Below, one piece after another: positions 9,980 through 19,991 of a DNA stretch of 64,000 nucleotides. The first letter of the stretch is position 1; each line of letters begins with the position of its first letter. Below the pieces are notes generated by a model. The model saw only the letters and a program-made list of their open reading frames with translations. It was not told the origin of the DNA and did no database searches. Location: positions 1,376,001 through 1,440,000 of the forward strand of contig OX638340.1 in the NCBI GenBank assembly GCA_951812955.1, given 5' to 3'. The translations under genes and the position numbers were made by a program. The DNA comes from an uncultured Gemmatimonadota bacterium. Lineage in GTDB: Bacteria > JAAXHH01.

Positions 9980-10837
9980 ATGTGCATGCATAGTACCCTG
10001 ATCGATGTCCATACGTTACACCGCCATTATCAGGACCCAGACTGGTGCGTGATCGACGCCCGATTCTCCCTGGCCGACGCGGGTCAGGGCGCACGGGAGT
10101 ACGGTGAAGGCCACGTGCCCGGTGCCGTGTACGCCCACCTGGACGATGACCTGTCCGGTCCCATCATTCGCGGTGAAACGGGCCGTCATCCGCTGCCGTC
10201 CGTGGAACGGGCCGCTACAGTCTTCTCGCGATTGGGGATCGACGAAAGCGTGCAGGTCGCGGTCTATGACGGCGCGGGAGGTTCCGTGGCCGCCAGGGTC
10301 TGGTGGATGCTACGCTGGCTGGGCCACGACGCCGTCGCCGTAGTGGACGGCGGTTGGCCGGCCTGGACTGGCGCGGGACTGCCGGTTACGCAGGATGTAC
10401 CTGAAGTGACTCCGCGCACCTTCGTGCCCAGCGTCCGCGCGCACCTGGCTACCGACGCGAACGGCGTCGATCGGCACCGGAACGATGCAGCCTGGGTGGT
10501 CCTGGATGCCCGCACTCCGGAGCGTTTCCGAGGCGAGACGGAGCCCATAGACCCCGTGGCCGGCCACATTCCCGGTGCACGGTGCGCGACATTCGATGCG
10601 AATCTGGGAGAAGACGGATGCTTTAGGGCGCCTGAGGAACTGCGGCAGAGATTCGAGGATTTGCTCGCCGGCGTCCCCGTGGAGCGCGCCGTAAACTACT
10701 GTGGCTCAGGGGTATCGGCCTGCCACAATCTCCTCGCCATCGCTCACGCGGGCCTGGGTGACGCCGTGCTGTACCCGGGGTCATGGAGCGAATGGATAAC
10801 GGATGAAAATCGGCCGATCGGGACGGGGGATGGGTGA
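9980..10837 (+). CDS. sseA: 3-mercaptopyruvate / thiosulfate sulfurtransferase with tandem rhodanese domains
   Basis: 285 aa, two rhodanese domains. The active-site loop CGSGVSA matches the MST-type CG[ST]GV[TS]A motif. Confidence 0.8.
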   Translation: MCMHSTLIDVHTLHRHYQDPDWCVIDARFSLADAGQGAREYGEGHVPGAVYAHLDDDLSGPIIRGETGRHPLPSVERAATVFSRLGIDESVQVAVYDGAGGSVAARVWWMLRWLGHDAVAVVDGGWPAWTGAGLPVTQDVPEVTPRTFVPSVRAHLATDANGVDRHRNDAAWVVLDARTPERFRGETEPIDPVAGHIPGARCATFDANLGEDGCFRAPEELRQRFEDLLAGVPVERAVNYCGSGVSACHNLLAIAHAGLGDAVLYPGSWSEWITDENRPIGTGDG

Positions 10838-11011
10838 AGAAAGAATCCACAGTCAATTGAAAATATAACTCAATGATATTATTCCACTTAAGTTACTTCC
10901 TTCGACCAAGGCATATTTAAACAAAATTATGCTGGCTTCGAGATGATATGCATTCACCAAAGATCCTTCCATTGTACTAATGTTTCTTAAACGTCAGCCT
11001 TGTTAACCTAT

Positions 11012-12721
11012 TTATCGTTGAGTCAGTTGATTAGCACCCTGAGGTCGGACAATTGTTACCAAGTTACGAGCTCTGGTAATCCCAACTCTGAGAAGCCGAC
11101 GGCTACGATTGTAAGGAGGATGTTCTCGCTTTTCGTCAAAAAAACGTGATTCAAACTTGCCTTCCACTATAACGACGCCGTCGAATTCTTTGCCCTTACA
11201 CTTGTGCAAATTCATAAGCACGCATCCTTGTGGGTCACGCTCCAGCGCAAGCAGTAGTTCATGATTTAATACCTTCCGTATTGTAGCGGTTGCTTCTATG
11301 TAACTTCCAGACTCTAACCACAATTCCGATAGTGCTTTAGAAAGTACATCTGTAGCTTGAAACAAACGCACCATACTTGCTGACCGGAATACATCATTTA
11401 TCACTTTGTGTACCCTTAGAATATCTCTTGCACTACGCCAATCGGAAACTGGGTCACCGCGATATTCAATACCGTTGGATGCAATTTCTACCATATTTCT
11501 TGCAGCCTGAATACGCGGGAGGCGGCCCATTATTACCGCCTCTGATGCCTCGGCGAATTGCCGAGTTAGTTTCGAAGCAACTTTCGAATGTTGCTCGGCG
11601 TTTTTTAAGCGAAAATACCTTGAAAGGCAGGCAAGTGTATCTGAGACGGTTCTTGCATCAAATTCAGTTCGCCACTCCAATATGGATCCTACGATTTCAG
11701 CCGAGGAGGCCGATAGATTGGCATCCCATACCACATCGTGAGGTATTGGTTTTATCTCACGCTTTTTATAAACATGAGTATCTTGAAGTATCGCTGAAAG
11801 TTGCGCGACATGCCGATTGCTTTTAGTTAAGACTGCGACACACGGATTGTGAATTCCCTTCTTACGTAACAAAGCGATGGTAAAGTGAACTGCTGCATGA
11901 AAAACTGAGTCAAATCCATTCGGCCAGTAGTATTGAACTATCTTAACATTGCTAGTTTTGGGTAGCTCTTCATTGTTTAAGACAGCGTCTGCGAATGATA
12001 GGATTCCGGCTTGTGGACTTCTGTGATTGACCTTACCAAGATCGAACTCAGCGAAGCCAAGTGTAACCCTAGCTGAGTTTATCCTTTGGAAGCTTACAGT
12101 TGGTCGATAGTCAAATATGCACTGTTCCGGATCGGCTAGACATACTACATCAGTTACACTTGCCAATGATTTAATAAGTCGCCACTGGTCTTCGTCGGTA
12201 TCCTGAAACTCATCAACAATGATTAGCGGAAATCGATCGCCATACATGGATCTTACTGCTTCGCTTTCCGCGACAATCATTGCAGCTCCCTTTGCAAATT
12301 GATCAAAACAGTAGATTCCTTCTACTTGCGCAAGACGAACCTGTTCAGCCTCCCAATCTCCTTCAAAAAAAGACTTCTTCAATCGCTCACCTTTGGGAGT
12401 TAAAATACGAGTAGGGAATCCACCCAAAAGCCGCCCATGTCCTCGCAATATTTCACGACAAAAGAGATGGTAAGTCTTTACCTGAATAAGTCGACGTTCT
12501 TCATTCTTCAATAGGTCCTGACTCCTGCCTAGTATCTGGCGTATCGCTGCTCGTGAGAAGCTTAAGAACAGTATACCTTGACCGGGTTCAAGTCCCTTAC
12601 AGCGAGCTTTGGCTTTCAACAGTGCAATAGTTGTCTTGCCAGATCCAGGGCCACCCTTAACGAGCATGTGGCCTGTTTGATTGATAATAGATTGGTGGAT
12701 TTCTTTTAAATCTAGATTCAT
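11012..12721 (-). CDS. gajB: Gabija GajB, a UvrD/PcrA-like superfamily-1 helicase
   Basis: 569 aa. Walker A VKGGPGSGKTT, motif II IIVDEFQDTD (the DEFQD signature of the UvrD family), and a C-terminal …GVVIVEGKFE…RVGITRARNLVTIV helicase C-domain. The start ATG overlaps the gajA stop (ATGA at 12718-12721). Confidence 0.8.
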   Translation of the reverse strand: MNLDLKEIHQSIINQTGHMLVKGGPGSGKTTIALLKAKARCKGLEPGQGILFLSFSRAAIRQILGRSQDLLKNEERRLIQVKTYHLFCREILRGHGRLLGGFPTRILTPKGERLKKSFFEGDWEAEQVRLAQVEGIYCFDQFAKGAAMIVAESEAVRSMYGDRFPLIIVDEFQDTDEDQWRLIKSLASVTDVVCLADPEQCIFDYRPTVSFQRINSARVTLGFAEFDLGKVNHRSPQAGILSFADAVLNNEELPKTSNVKIVQYYWPNGFDSVFHAAVHFTIALLRKKGIHNPCVAVLTKSNRHVAQLSAILQDTHVYKKREIKPIPHDVVWDANLSASSAEIVGSILEWRTEFDARTVSDTLACLSRYFRLKNAEQHSKVASKLTRQFAEASEAVIMGRLPRIQAARNMVEIASNGIEYRGDPVSDWRSARDILRVHKVINDVFRSASMVRLFQATDVLSKALSELWLESGSYIEATATIRKVLNHELLLALERDPQGCVLMNLHKCKGKEFDGVVIVEGKFESRFFDEKREHPPYNRSRRLLRVGITRARNLVTIVRPQGANQLTQR

Positions 12722-14604
12722 GAATTATCGCCATTATCAGACGCTGATGGCTGTTGGTTATCGCCATTACAATCGGCACCTTCTTCTGATGATTTAACAG
12801 GAGGATCCAATACCAAGTTTAATGCTTCCAATACTGTTCTTATGAAATCCGGTAGCATTTCTCTTTCTTTGCAGTGCTCAATCAAGTTTGCGGCATATCC
12901 ATGTGCTTCACCTTTTCGAGCCTTTAGAACTCTTTTACACAAATCTTTCACATTGTCGTCGGACATTTCCGGACTGTATTGCCGTTCCTGTGGGTAATCC
13001 GATCGATGCCTTGCCTCATTGAGAAAGCTTCTTTGAACTTCAACTGATAACTCGGTCACTAGGAGTTCTTCAATTGAATAGAAGGGGGATTCCCAACTCT
13101 CATCGTAGGATTCCATATTTCGAACATCGTCTACCGACCAAGTGTCGTTATTGGGCTTGTCATAAACTGCAAAGGCAGGTTTCCCAAGTGCTGCGAAAGC
13201 AGGTCCATATCTCGGTATGTCCCCATAGCCTCCAGCATTGAATAAAACTATACCTGCGAGATCGGGATGAGTATAGTCTTGAGTGGGTGACGTATTCTCA
13301 ATAACAGTTGCTGCTGCAGAGAAAACCGAGGCTTCGGTAGATCCTTCGACTACGAGTACTGCTCGACTCAGGACTGCTTCGGCAAACTGTCTTCTATTGG
13401 TTTTGTATGTCTTCTCTTTGATTTCTCCGATATTAACAGGATTTCCCTTTAGAATAGTCTGTTCACGCTCAAGTATAACAATATCAGCTAGCTCGAACTG
13501 CTCTATCACATAAGGAGAGTGTGAGGTTACAATTGCTTGTCCCATCTCCTGAAGCACGAATTTCGTAACCCGACGTTGTGTATGAGGAGGTAACGCTATT
13601 TCTGGTTCTTCCATCGCGAAAATAACAGAATGCCTATCCTTTAATTCAGCAATAAAAGTTAGTAGTGCGAACACAAGCACGTTTATTGTGCCAGTTCCAA
13701 GTTTTTGGAATGGAACTAAATGATCACTTTCCTTCGAAGCTAAAAAGAACTTTACCACATTTCTCAAGTCGTTTCGTGTAAGGTCCGATGCAAAAAAGCC
13801 CGTTGCGTTTTTATCATCAGCAAGTTGGACAAACCGTGCGATCCTGTCACGAACTTCAGATTGAATTTCATTAAGTTGTTGAATGTCGCCAATTGCAGGT
13901 TGAAGATTACGTAAACGATATAATGTTTCTCCCCACATCTGACTAAGACCGGTGCCACCCAATCGGATTATCGTATCGAGCAGTGATCCCCTCTGGAGGC
14001 TTAGTGCTCTGGAACCAGTACGAAGTGCCCGTAAGAACAAGAACCCACAGAAGCGCTTGTGACTCCAAGTAAAGCGTGTCCGACCACTTCCCAGGACATT
14101 CTGTTCTTCAATTTCCTGCTCATCATCATCGATCACTTCAGGGACAGGGTATGCAAAAAACGAATCACCTTCAAAATCGTCTCTTTCTAATTCGTAACGT
14201 CCAAAGAACACAACAGGTAGCGCCCAGACAACTTCAGGCCGATCCGTTACCAACGGACCTTCATCTCCTTCATCAGCATAACATTGTTCTTTTACATTCC
14301 AATGTCGCAGATGGTTCTCGCCAAACCGACGAATTGCCTCGTCTGTAAGATCAACAAGTATTGCTTCGATCTCAATTACAACAGCCTCACCGTCATTAGT
14401 GAGATAGCTGTCTCGATGAAAATCGTGTTCGTCAACTACTGGCCTGCGATTTAGTCTTTCTGGTCCGAGTACTAAGTCAAGTGCCTCGCATACAGTCGAT
14501 TTCCCGCTATTGTTACCACCTACAAGTAGAACGTTATCGCCAAAGTGGATTTCACCATGTTTTATACCGCGGAAGTTTGCCATACGAAGTCTTACTACAC
14601 GCAT
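12718..14604 (-). CDS. gajA: Gabija GajA, an OLD-family ABC ATPase with a C-terminal TOPRIM nuclease domain
   Basis: The ORF-track start is 14733. The Met at 14604 (MRVVRLRMANFRG…) is preceded by GGAGGA with 8-nt spacing, so it is the more likely start. P-loop LVGGNNSGKST, OLD Walker-B/H-loop block IFAMEEPEIALPPH and TOPRIM motif LVVEGSTEASVF. 628 aa. Confidence 0.8.
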   Translation of the reverse strand: MRVVRLRMANFRGIKHGEIHFGDNVLLVGGNNSGKSTVCEALDLVLGPERLNRRPVVDEHDFHRDSYLTNDGEAVVIEIEAILVDLTDEAIRRFGENHLRHWNVKEQCYADEGDEGPLVTDRPEVVWALPVVFFGRYELERDDFEGDSFFAYPVPEVIDDDEQEIEEQNVLGSGRTRFTWSHKRFCGFLFLRALRTGSRALSLQRGSLLDTIIRLGGTGLSQMWGETLYRLRNLQPAIGDIQQLNEIQSEVRDRIARFVQLADDKNATGFFASDLTRNDLRNVVKFFLASKESDHLVPFQKLGTGTINVLVFALLTFIAELKDRHSVIFAMEEPEIALPPHTQRRVTKFVLQEMGQAIVTSHSPYVIEQFELADIVILEREQTILKGNPVNIGEIKEKTYKTNRRQFAEAVLSRAVLVVEGSTEASVFSAAATVIENTSPTQDYTHPDLAGIVLFNAGGYGDIPRYGPAFAALGKPAFAVYDKPNNDTWSVDDVRNMESYDESWESPFYSIEELLVTELSVEVQRSFLNEARHRSDYPQERQYSPEMSDDNVKDLCKRVLKARKGEAHGYAANLIEHCKEREMLPDFIRTVLEALNLVLDPPVKSSEEGADCNGDNQQPSASDNGDNS

Positions 14605-14686
14605 GCTATAGTCCTCCAAATGCAGTTTAATTTGCTTCGATATGAATACATCTTGGTTGTATTTGTAAGAATAGAAACTACCTACA

Positions 14687-15424
14687 TTATACGACATGCT
14701 CAGGATTTGACGGTTTTCTACGCCCAAACGCATACCTGAAAGTCACCCAGAGTATCTTCACTCCCGCCCGGACCGCCCCGGACAGCGTTCCCGTGATCTT
14801 GGAAACCCCGACCCGCTTCCGGTACCGCACCGGGACGTCGAGGGTGCGGTACTTCCTTTGTGCTGCCTTGATCTGCATTTCGACGGTCCAGCCAAAGTTT
14901 TGATCCGCCATTTCGAGCTCGAGCAGCCTGTCGTAGCGTATGGCCCGGAACGGTCCCAGATCGGTATATCGATGTCCGTAGAGCCAACGGATGATCCTGG
15001 GAACGAGGACGTTGCCTATCACGGCCTGGACCGGCATGGCGCCCGGCGCGCGGTGTCCCAGCATCCGTGACCCGATCACCATGTCGTAACCCGCTTCCAC
15101 GACCGGGCGCACCAGGTCTGCCAAGTCTTCTGGGTAATCGCTGTAATCGCCGTCCAGGAACACGATGACGTCCGGATCGAACCGGGCGGCCTCGGCCATG
15201 CCGCGCAGGCAGGCGGCCCCGTACCCGCGCCGGGGTTCCTTCACGACGACCGCGCCACCCTCCGCGGCCACTGCCCCGGTCCGGTCCGTCGAACCGTTGT
15301 CCACGACGATTACGGCCGTGGCCATCCCCTCCGGAATGTGTGCCAGGACCAGTCCGATCGAATCCTCTTCGTTCAGGACCGGAATGATGACCACGATGGT
15401 CTGTTTGTCCGCTGATCTTGCCAT
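14687..15424 (-). CDS. Family-2 glycosyltransferase (dolichyl-phosphate mannosyltransferase-like)
   Basis: …IVVIIPVLNEEDSIGLVLAHIP…VVDNGSTDRTG…VIVFLDGDYSDYPED… is a GT2 fold with a DxD motif. Start chosen at MARSADKQ (15424); the ORF track extends to 15505. Confidence 0.75.
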   Translation of the reverse strand: MARSADKQTIVVIIPVLNEEDSIGLVLAHIPEGMATAVIVVDNGSTDRTGAVAAEGGAVVVKEPRRGYGAACLRGMAEAARFDPDVIVFLDGDYSDYPEDLADLVRPVVEAGYDMVIGSRMLGHRAPGAMPVQAVIGNVLVPRIIRWLYGHRYTDLGPFRAIRYDRLLELEMADQNFGWTVEMQIKAAQRKYRTLDVPVRYRKRVGVSKITGTLSGAVRAGVKILWVTFRYAFGRRKPSNPEHVV

Positions 15425-15611
15425 CTCGCTGTGTCGACCCCTGTTTGCCATCGGAGGAGGACCAGATACCCTGCGGTCGCCGGCAGGTTCCGCCGACCCC
15501 TCCATTTCAGGTTCTGTTCAGGTCCCGTTCCGGCCCCGCCAAATCCCTTACGATCCGTGTTTACAGTGGTTGCCGCCCGGCCAGGCCTGCCGTACATAGT
15601 GTATAAATCGC

Positions 15612-15639
15612 TTGACAAACCCCTACATATACTAATATA
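15612..15639 (+). promoter_or_regulatory. Sigma-70-like promoter candidate (TTGACA-N16-TAATAT) upstream of smc
   Basis: TTGACA at 15612-15617 and TAATAT at 15634-15639, in the AT-rich divergent intergenic region between GT2 and smc. Confidence 0.3.
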
Positions 15640-15731
15640 TCCACTTAATAGACTCCTGAAACCCATTTTCGATCCGATCACACTTTACCGTATTTCGAAT
15701 AGGCACTTTACGCCATCAGGATCCGTATCCG

Positions 15732-18700
15732 ATGCGTCTTTCCCATCTTGAAATGATCGGGTTCAAGTCCTTCTCCACCCGGCTGAAGGTGAAGTTCAGC
15801 GACGGCATCACGGCCGTGGTCGGCCCGAACGGCTGCGGGAAGTCAAATATCGTCGACGCCATACGCTGGGCGCTCGGGGAACACCGCGCGACTTCGCTGC
15901 GGGGCGACCGAATGGAAGACATCATCTTCAACGGGACGGCCGCCCGGAAACCGCTCGGTATGGCGGAGGTATCGCTGACGATCGACAACAGCGAGCAGAA
16001 GCTGCCCGTCGAATACAGCGAAGTCACGATCACGCGCCGTTATTTCAGATCCGGCGCGAGCGAGTACCAGATCAACAAGGTGCCCTGCCGCCTCAAGGAC
16101 ATCACCAATCTCCTGCTGGACACGGGCATGGGCGCCCACGCCTACTCGATCATCGAGCAGGGCATGGTGGAATCAGTGGTAAACGGCAGTCCATTGGAGC
16201 GGCGCCAGCTCATCGAGGAAGCTGCCGGCATCAACAAGTACAAGACCCGGCGGCGCCTGGCGCAGCGGAAGCTGGAAGGGACCGAGCACGACCTGGTACG
16301 TATAGCCGACCTCCTGGATGAAGTCGAACGCAGCGTGAGTTCGCTGCGGCGGCAGGTTCGCAAGTACGAACGGTACGACCGGCTGATGCAACAGATGAAG
16401 GACGTGGAGATCGTGGTCGCTTGTCACGCGTACCAGGATCTACGCGGACAGACCGAACCCGTCCGTGCCCGGATAAAGGAGTATGCGGACCGGAAAGAAG
16501 CCATTCAGACACGCATACGTACAGCCGAAGCCGAGGTCGAGAAGAATAAGGCCGTCCAACTGGAAAAGGCAGAAATACTGCAGAACCGGCAGGACGCGGT
16601 GAACCGGATCGACGACCAGATCAGGGCACTGGAAGAGGAACTCCTGGTTAGCAAGGAACGCCGGACCGGCCTGGAGCAGCGGGCCAGTTCCGCGTCGGGG
16701 GAGGCGGACCAGGCGGAGACCGAGCAGGAACGCATCCGGTCCCAGCTGGCACGGATCGTCGACGACCGGAAGACACTGGACACGGCGCTGGAACAGGCAC
16801 GCTCCGCGTTCGCGGAACGGGACGAAGCGTCCAGGACCTATGCCGGCCGGATCGCCGCACAGAAAGAGTCGACCCAGGCACTGCGGAACCGCAGCATGGC
16901 GTTGATTCAGAAGCACTCGGGCGAACTGGCGGAAATCAGTTCGCTCGAAGCCCGCGAAGCGTCCCATCGCAAAAGAAACGCCGATGTGGCAACCGCGCGA
17001 AAGAAACTCGCCGAAGAACTGGCATCGAAAACGGCGGCCTTCGAATCCGCGCAAAAGGAACTGCGCGGCGTCAGGCAGGTCGTGGAAGAAAACACGGCGC
17101 TGAATACGAACCTGACAGAGTCCGCCCAGGACGCGCGGGAATGCATCGAGTCGGCCCGTGACGAGTTGACCAGCCTCGAAACAACCATAACGACGGCCGA
17201 AAAGGAACACGCACTGCTCGATCGCATGCACCGGCAGTACGAAGGATACGGCCAGGGAGTCCGGACGCTGTTGACCAACGGAGCGGACATCGAAGGACTC
17301 CGCGGCGTGCTCGCGGATGGGATCACGATCGACAAGGCATACGAAAAGGTGATCGCGGCCTACCTGGACGACATGCTTCAGTACGTCGTGGCCGGACGCA
17401 CCGAAGACGCCGAGGCGGGCCTCCGCTATATTCGGGAACAGGAGGCCGGACGGGTTTCCTTCATTCTGCTGGACCGAATGAAGTCCCGCCCCGTGCCCGC
17501 GGACCTGCCGTTCGAGGATGACGGCATCATCGGCCGCGCGAGCACGATGGTCACCTCCGACAAGGCGCTGGATCCGGCGGTGACCCACCTGCTCTCCCGG
17601 GTCGTGCTCGTGAAGGACGTCGAAACGGCCTTTCGCCTGTCCCCGTTGTTCGATACCGACCAGGACTGGAGACTGTTGACTGCCGAGGGCGAAGTCGTGG
17701 ATCCGGCCGGATTGCTGACCGGTGGATCGTCCGAGACGAGCGAATCGGACCTGCTTAGTCGTGCGGAGCGGATCGCGGAGATCGAAGCGGAACTGGTAGA
17801 AAACCGCGCGGAACGCGAGAAGATCGCCGGTGAATTGGAAGGACTGGAGGCGGAACTGGCCTCGTTGACGGATCGGCAGGCTTCCGTCGAACAGGTACTC
17901 GGCGAATCCCGGCGCAAGTTGATGGAAACGGAGTCCCGGGACCGGCAGCTGGATTTCGAGCGCGCCAGGATGGCGGAACAGGACGAAGAACTCGCCCGGG
18001 AAGCGGATTCCCTGGCGGAGGAGGCGAAGGCCGCGGCCGTGGAGCGCGAGGAACGCAAAAAAGCGCTGGACTCCCTCGCGCACGACCGGACAGCGGCCGA
18101 AGAGGAAGAGCGGGGGAATCAGGATACCCTGGACGAGATGGAAGCGGAACGCCAGCGCCTGGCCGATGCGGCCAACGACGCCAGGGTCGCCCTCGTCTCC
18201 ATGGAAAGCCGGAGCAACGAACTGAGCACCACCGACGAATTCCTTACGCAGGAAAACGAGCGGCTGGCCACTCTCCTCGCGCAACGAAAAACCGAAGCGG
18301 TGGAGGCCGGCAGCCAATCGAAGGAACTGAAGAAGACCCAGGAAAGAAACGAGAAACAGCTGGAGGCGCACTATGCGTCCAGGCGGAAACGGGAGGTGGA
18401 CCGCAACGCCGTTCTCGAAGAGCACCAGAACCTGCAGGAAGAAGAACGTCAGATACAGCAGAACCTCGGCGAGAACCGGAACGCGCTGACCCAGGTGCAG
18501 GAACAGGTACACCAGGCGGAACTGGAAGACGCCGAACTGTACATGAAGAGCAACGAGATCCGGCGGCAGTTGATGGAGAAACACGGCACCGATCCCGAGG
18601 GCATGGACAAACTGCCGCAGATCGAGGAACTGGACGAATACACGCCCGACGCCGCACAGACCCTGCGGATGGGGCTCCAGCGCAAGGTGGACGAACTGGG

Positions 18701-19361
18701 TCCCATCAACATGGCCGCGGTGGAAGAGTACCGGGCGGGCAAGGAGCGGCTCGACTTCCTCCAGCAGCAGCAGAATGACCTCATTGAGGCCAAAGACAAC
18801 CTGGAGAAGACCATCGTCAAGATGAACAAGGCCGCCCGTTCCCGATTCATGACCACCTTCGAAGAGGTCCGGACCAATTTCATGACCACGTTCCAGGCGC
18901 TTTTTGAAGGCGGTGAGGCAGACCTAATGCTCGAAGAAGGGGACCCCCTCGAAACGGGTATAGAAATCATGGCGCGGCCCGAAGGAAAGCGGCTGCAGAG
19001 CCTGGCCCTGCTATCCGGCGGCGAGACGGCCCTCACGGCCATCGCCCTGCTCTTCGCTATCTATCTCGTGAAGCCCAGTCCCTTCTGCGTGTTCGACGAA
19101 GTGGACGCGCCGCTGGACGACGCAAACGTGAAACGATTCGCCGGCGCCCTGCGCCAGTTCACCAGCAACACACAGTTCCTGGTGGTCACCCACAACAAGC
19201 GGACCATGGAAGCCGCCGATTACCTCTACGGCATAACCATGGAAGAACCCGGCCTGTCCAAGATGGTCTCCGTGCGCCTCGAGGATGCCGAATCTGAAGT
19301 GCTGGAACCCGCGGCCACTCCGGGCGAACAGGCAAACGGCGCCGGTACGGTCGGGGTATAG
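15732..19361 (+). CDS. smc: Chromosome segregation protein SMC
   Basis: 1209 aa. N-terminal Walker A VVGPNGCGKSNIVDAIRWALGE, long coiled coils, hinge, and C-terminal signature LSGGETALTAIALLFAIY…FCVFDEVDAPLDD. Confidence 0.95.
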   Translation: MRLSHLEMIGFKSFSTRLKVKFSDGITAVVGPNGCGKSNIVDAIRWALGEHRATSLRGDRMEDIIFNGTAARKPLGMAEVSLTIDNSEQKLPVEYSEVTITRRYFRSGASEYQINKVPCRLKDITNLLLDTGMGAHAYSIIEQGMVESVVNGSPLERRQLIEEAAGINKYKTRRRLAQRKLEGTEHDLVRIADLLDEVERSVSSLRRQVRKYERYDRLMQQMKDVEIVVACHAYQDLRGQTEPVRARIKEYADRKEAIQTRIRTAEAEVEKNKAVQLEKAEILQNRQDAVNRIDDQIRALEEELLVSKERRTGLEQRASSASGEADQAETEQERIRSQLARIVDDRKTLDTALEQARSAFAERDEASRTYAGRIAAQKESTQALRNRSMALIQKHSGELAEISSLEAREASHRKRNADVATARKKLAEELASKTAAFESAQKELRGVRQVVEENTALNTNLTESAQDARECIESARDELTSLETTITTAEKEHALLDRMHRQYEGYGQGVRTLLTNGADIEGLRGVLADGITIDKAYEKVIAAYLDDMLQYVVAGRTEDAEAGLRYIREQEAGRVSFILLDRMKSRPVPADLPFEDDGIIGRASTMVTSDKALDPAVTHLLSRVVLVKDVETAFRLSPLFDTDQDWRLLTAEGEVVDPAGLLTGGSSETSESDLLSRAERIAEIEAELVENRAEREKIAGELEGLEAELASLTDRQASVEQVLGESRRKLMETESRDRQLDFERARMAEQDEELAREADSLAEEAKAAAVEREERKKALDSLAHDRTAAEEEERGNQDTLDEMEAERQRLADAANDARVALVSMESRSNELSTTDEFLTQENERLATLLAQRKTEAVEAGSQSKELKKTQERNEKQLEAHYASRRKREVDRNAVLEEHQNLQEEERQIQQNLGENRNALTQVQEQVHQAELEDAELYMKSNEIRRQLMEKHGTDPEGMDKLPQIEELDEYTPDAAQTLRMGLQRKVDELGPINMAAVEEYRAGKERLDFLQQQQNDLIEAKDNLEKTIVKMNKAARSRFMTTFEEVRTNFMTTFQALFEGGEADLMLEEGDPLETGIEIMARPEGKRLQSLALLSGGETALTAIALLFAIYLVKPSPFCVFDEVDAPLDDANVKRFAGALRQFTSNTQFLVVTHNKRTMEAADYLYGITMEEPGLSKMVSVRLEDAESEVLEPAATPGEQANGAGTVGV

Positions 19362-19368
19362 GTGAGAC

Positions 19369-19962
19369 TTGATCGTCATCGGAGTAGCCGGCGGCATTGC
19401 ATCGGGTAAGTCGACGGTAGCCCGGGTTTTCGAGCGACTCGGCGCCCGCATCCTGGACGCCGACGCCATCGGCCACGATCAGTTGCGAACCGAGAGGCTG
19501 CGCGAAGGCATCCGGGATGCCTTCGGCGAGGGTGCCCTGACGGCGGAGGGGGAGGTGGACCGGCGGGCCCTCGGCCGCCTGGTCTTCAGCGACGAGCGGG
19601 CCAGGCAGAGACTGAACCGCCTGGTCAGACCCGCCATCCGCGCAGAAATTCGACGTCGGATCGCCGAAATGCGCAGCGAAGGCTACGACGGAGTCGTCGT
19701 GGTCGACGCGCCTCTGCTGGTCGACACCGGTCCCACCGACCTTGCCGACAGGGTCATCCTGGTGACCGCGCCGGCCGACGCCAGGAAAGATCGGATCGTC
19801 CTTCGCAACGGCCTGACCGAGCACGAGGCCGAGCAGCGCATCGCCGCCCAGGTGTCCGACACGAAACAGGCGAGATGGGCGGATTTCGTTCTGGAAAACA
19901 ACGGGACCGAGGATGAGTTGACCAATTCTGCAGAAGCGCTCTGGAAACGGATCTTTTCCTGA
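19369..19962 (+). CDS. coaE: Dephospho-CoA kinase
   Basis: 197 aa. P-loop GVAGGIASGKST. TTG start as given in the ORF track. Confidence 0.85.
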   Translation: MIVIGVAGGIASGKSTVARVFERLGARILDADAIGHDQLRTERLREGIRDAFGEGALTAEGEVDRRALGRLVFSDERARQRLNRLVRPAIRAEIRRRIAEMRSEGYDGVVVVDAPLLVDTGPTDLADRVILVTAPADARKDRIVLRNGLTEHEAEQRIAAQVSDTKQARWADFVLENNGTEDELTNSAEALWKRIFS

Positions 19963-19991
19963 ATCTCAACTCGCTGCGCCGCCTGTGCCGC

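Larger units (their letters stand above)
10838..14686. other. Low-GC genomic island (defense island) inserted between sseA and a GT2 glycosyltransferase gene
   Basis: Base composition drops abruptly from ~65% to ~40% GC at both edges. It contains only the two Gabija genes plus AT-rich flanks. No integrase, tRNA or flanking direct repeats are visible. Confidence 0.7.

Noticed and set aside
10838-14686. Searched both low-GC islands (10838-14686 and 46250-48990) for integrase, transposase, tRNA or att-like direct repeats
   Set aside because: None are visible. The islands are therefore annotated as generic genomic islands, not as defined mobile elements.
16440-18584. 714-aa ORF antisense to smc, plus several other minus-strand ORFs within 16142-19469
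   Set aside because: These are shadow ORFs of the GC-rich smc coding sequence, with low-complexity Arg/Leu/Gly-rich translations.
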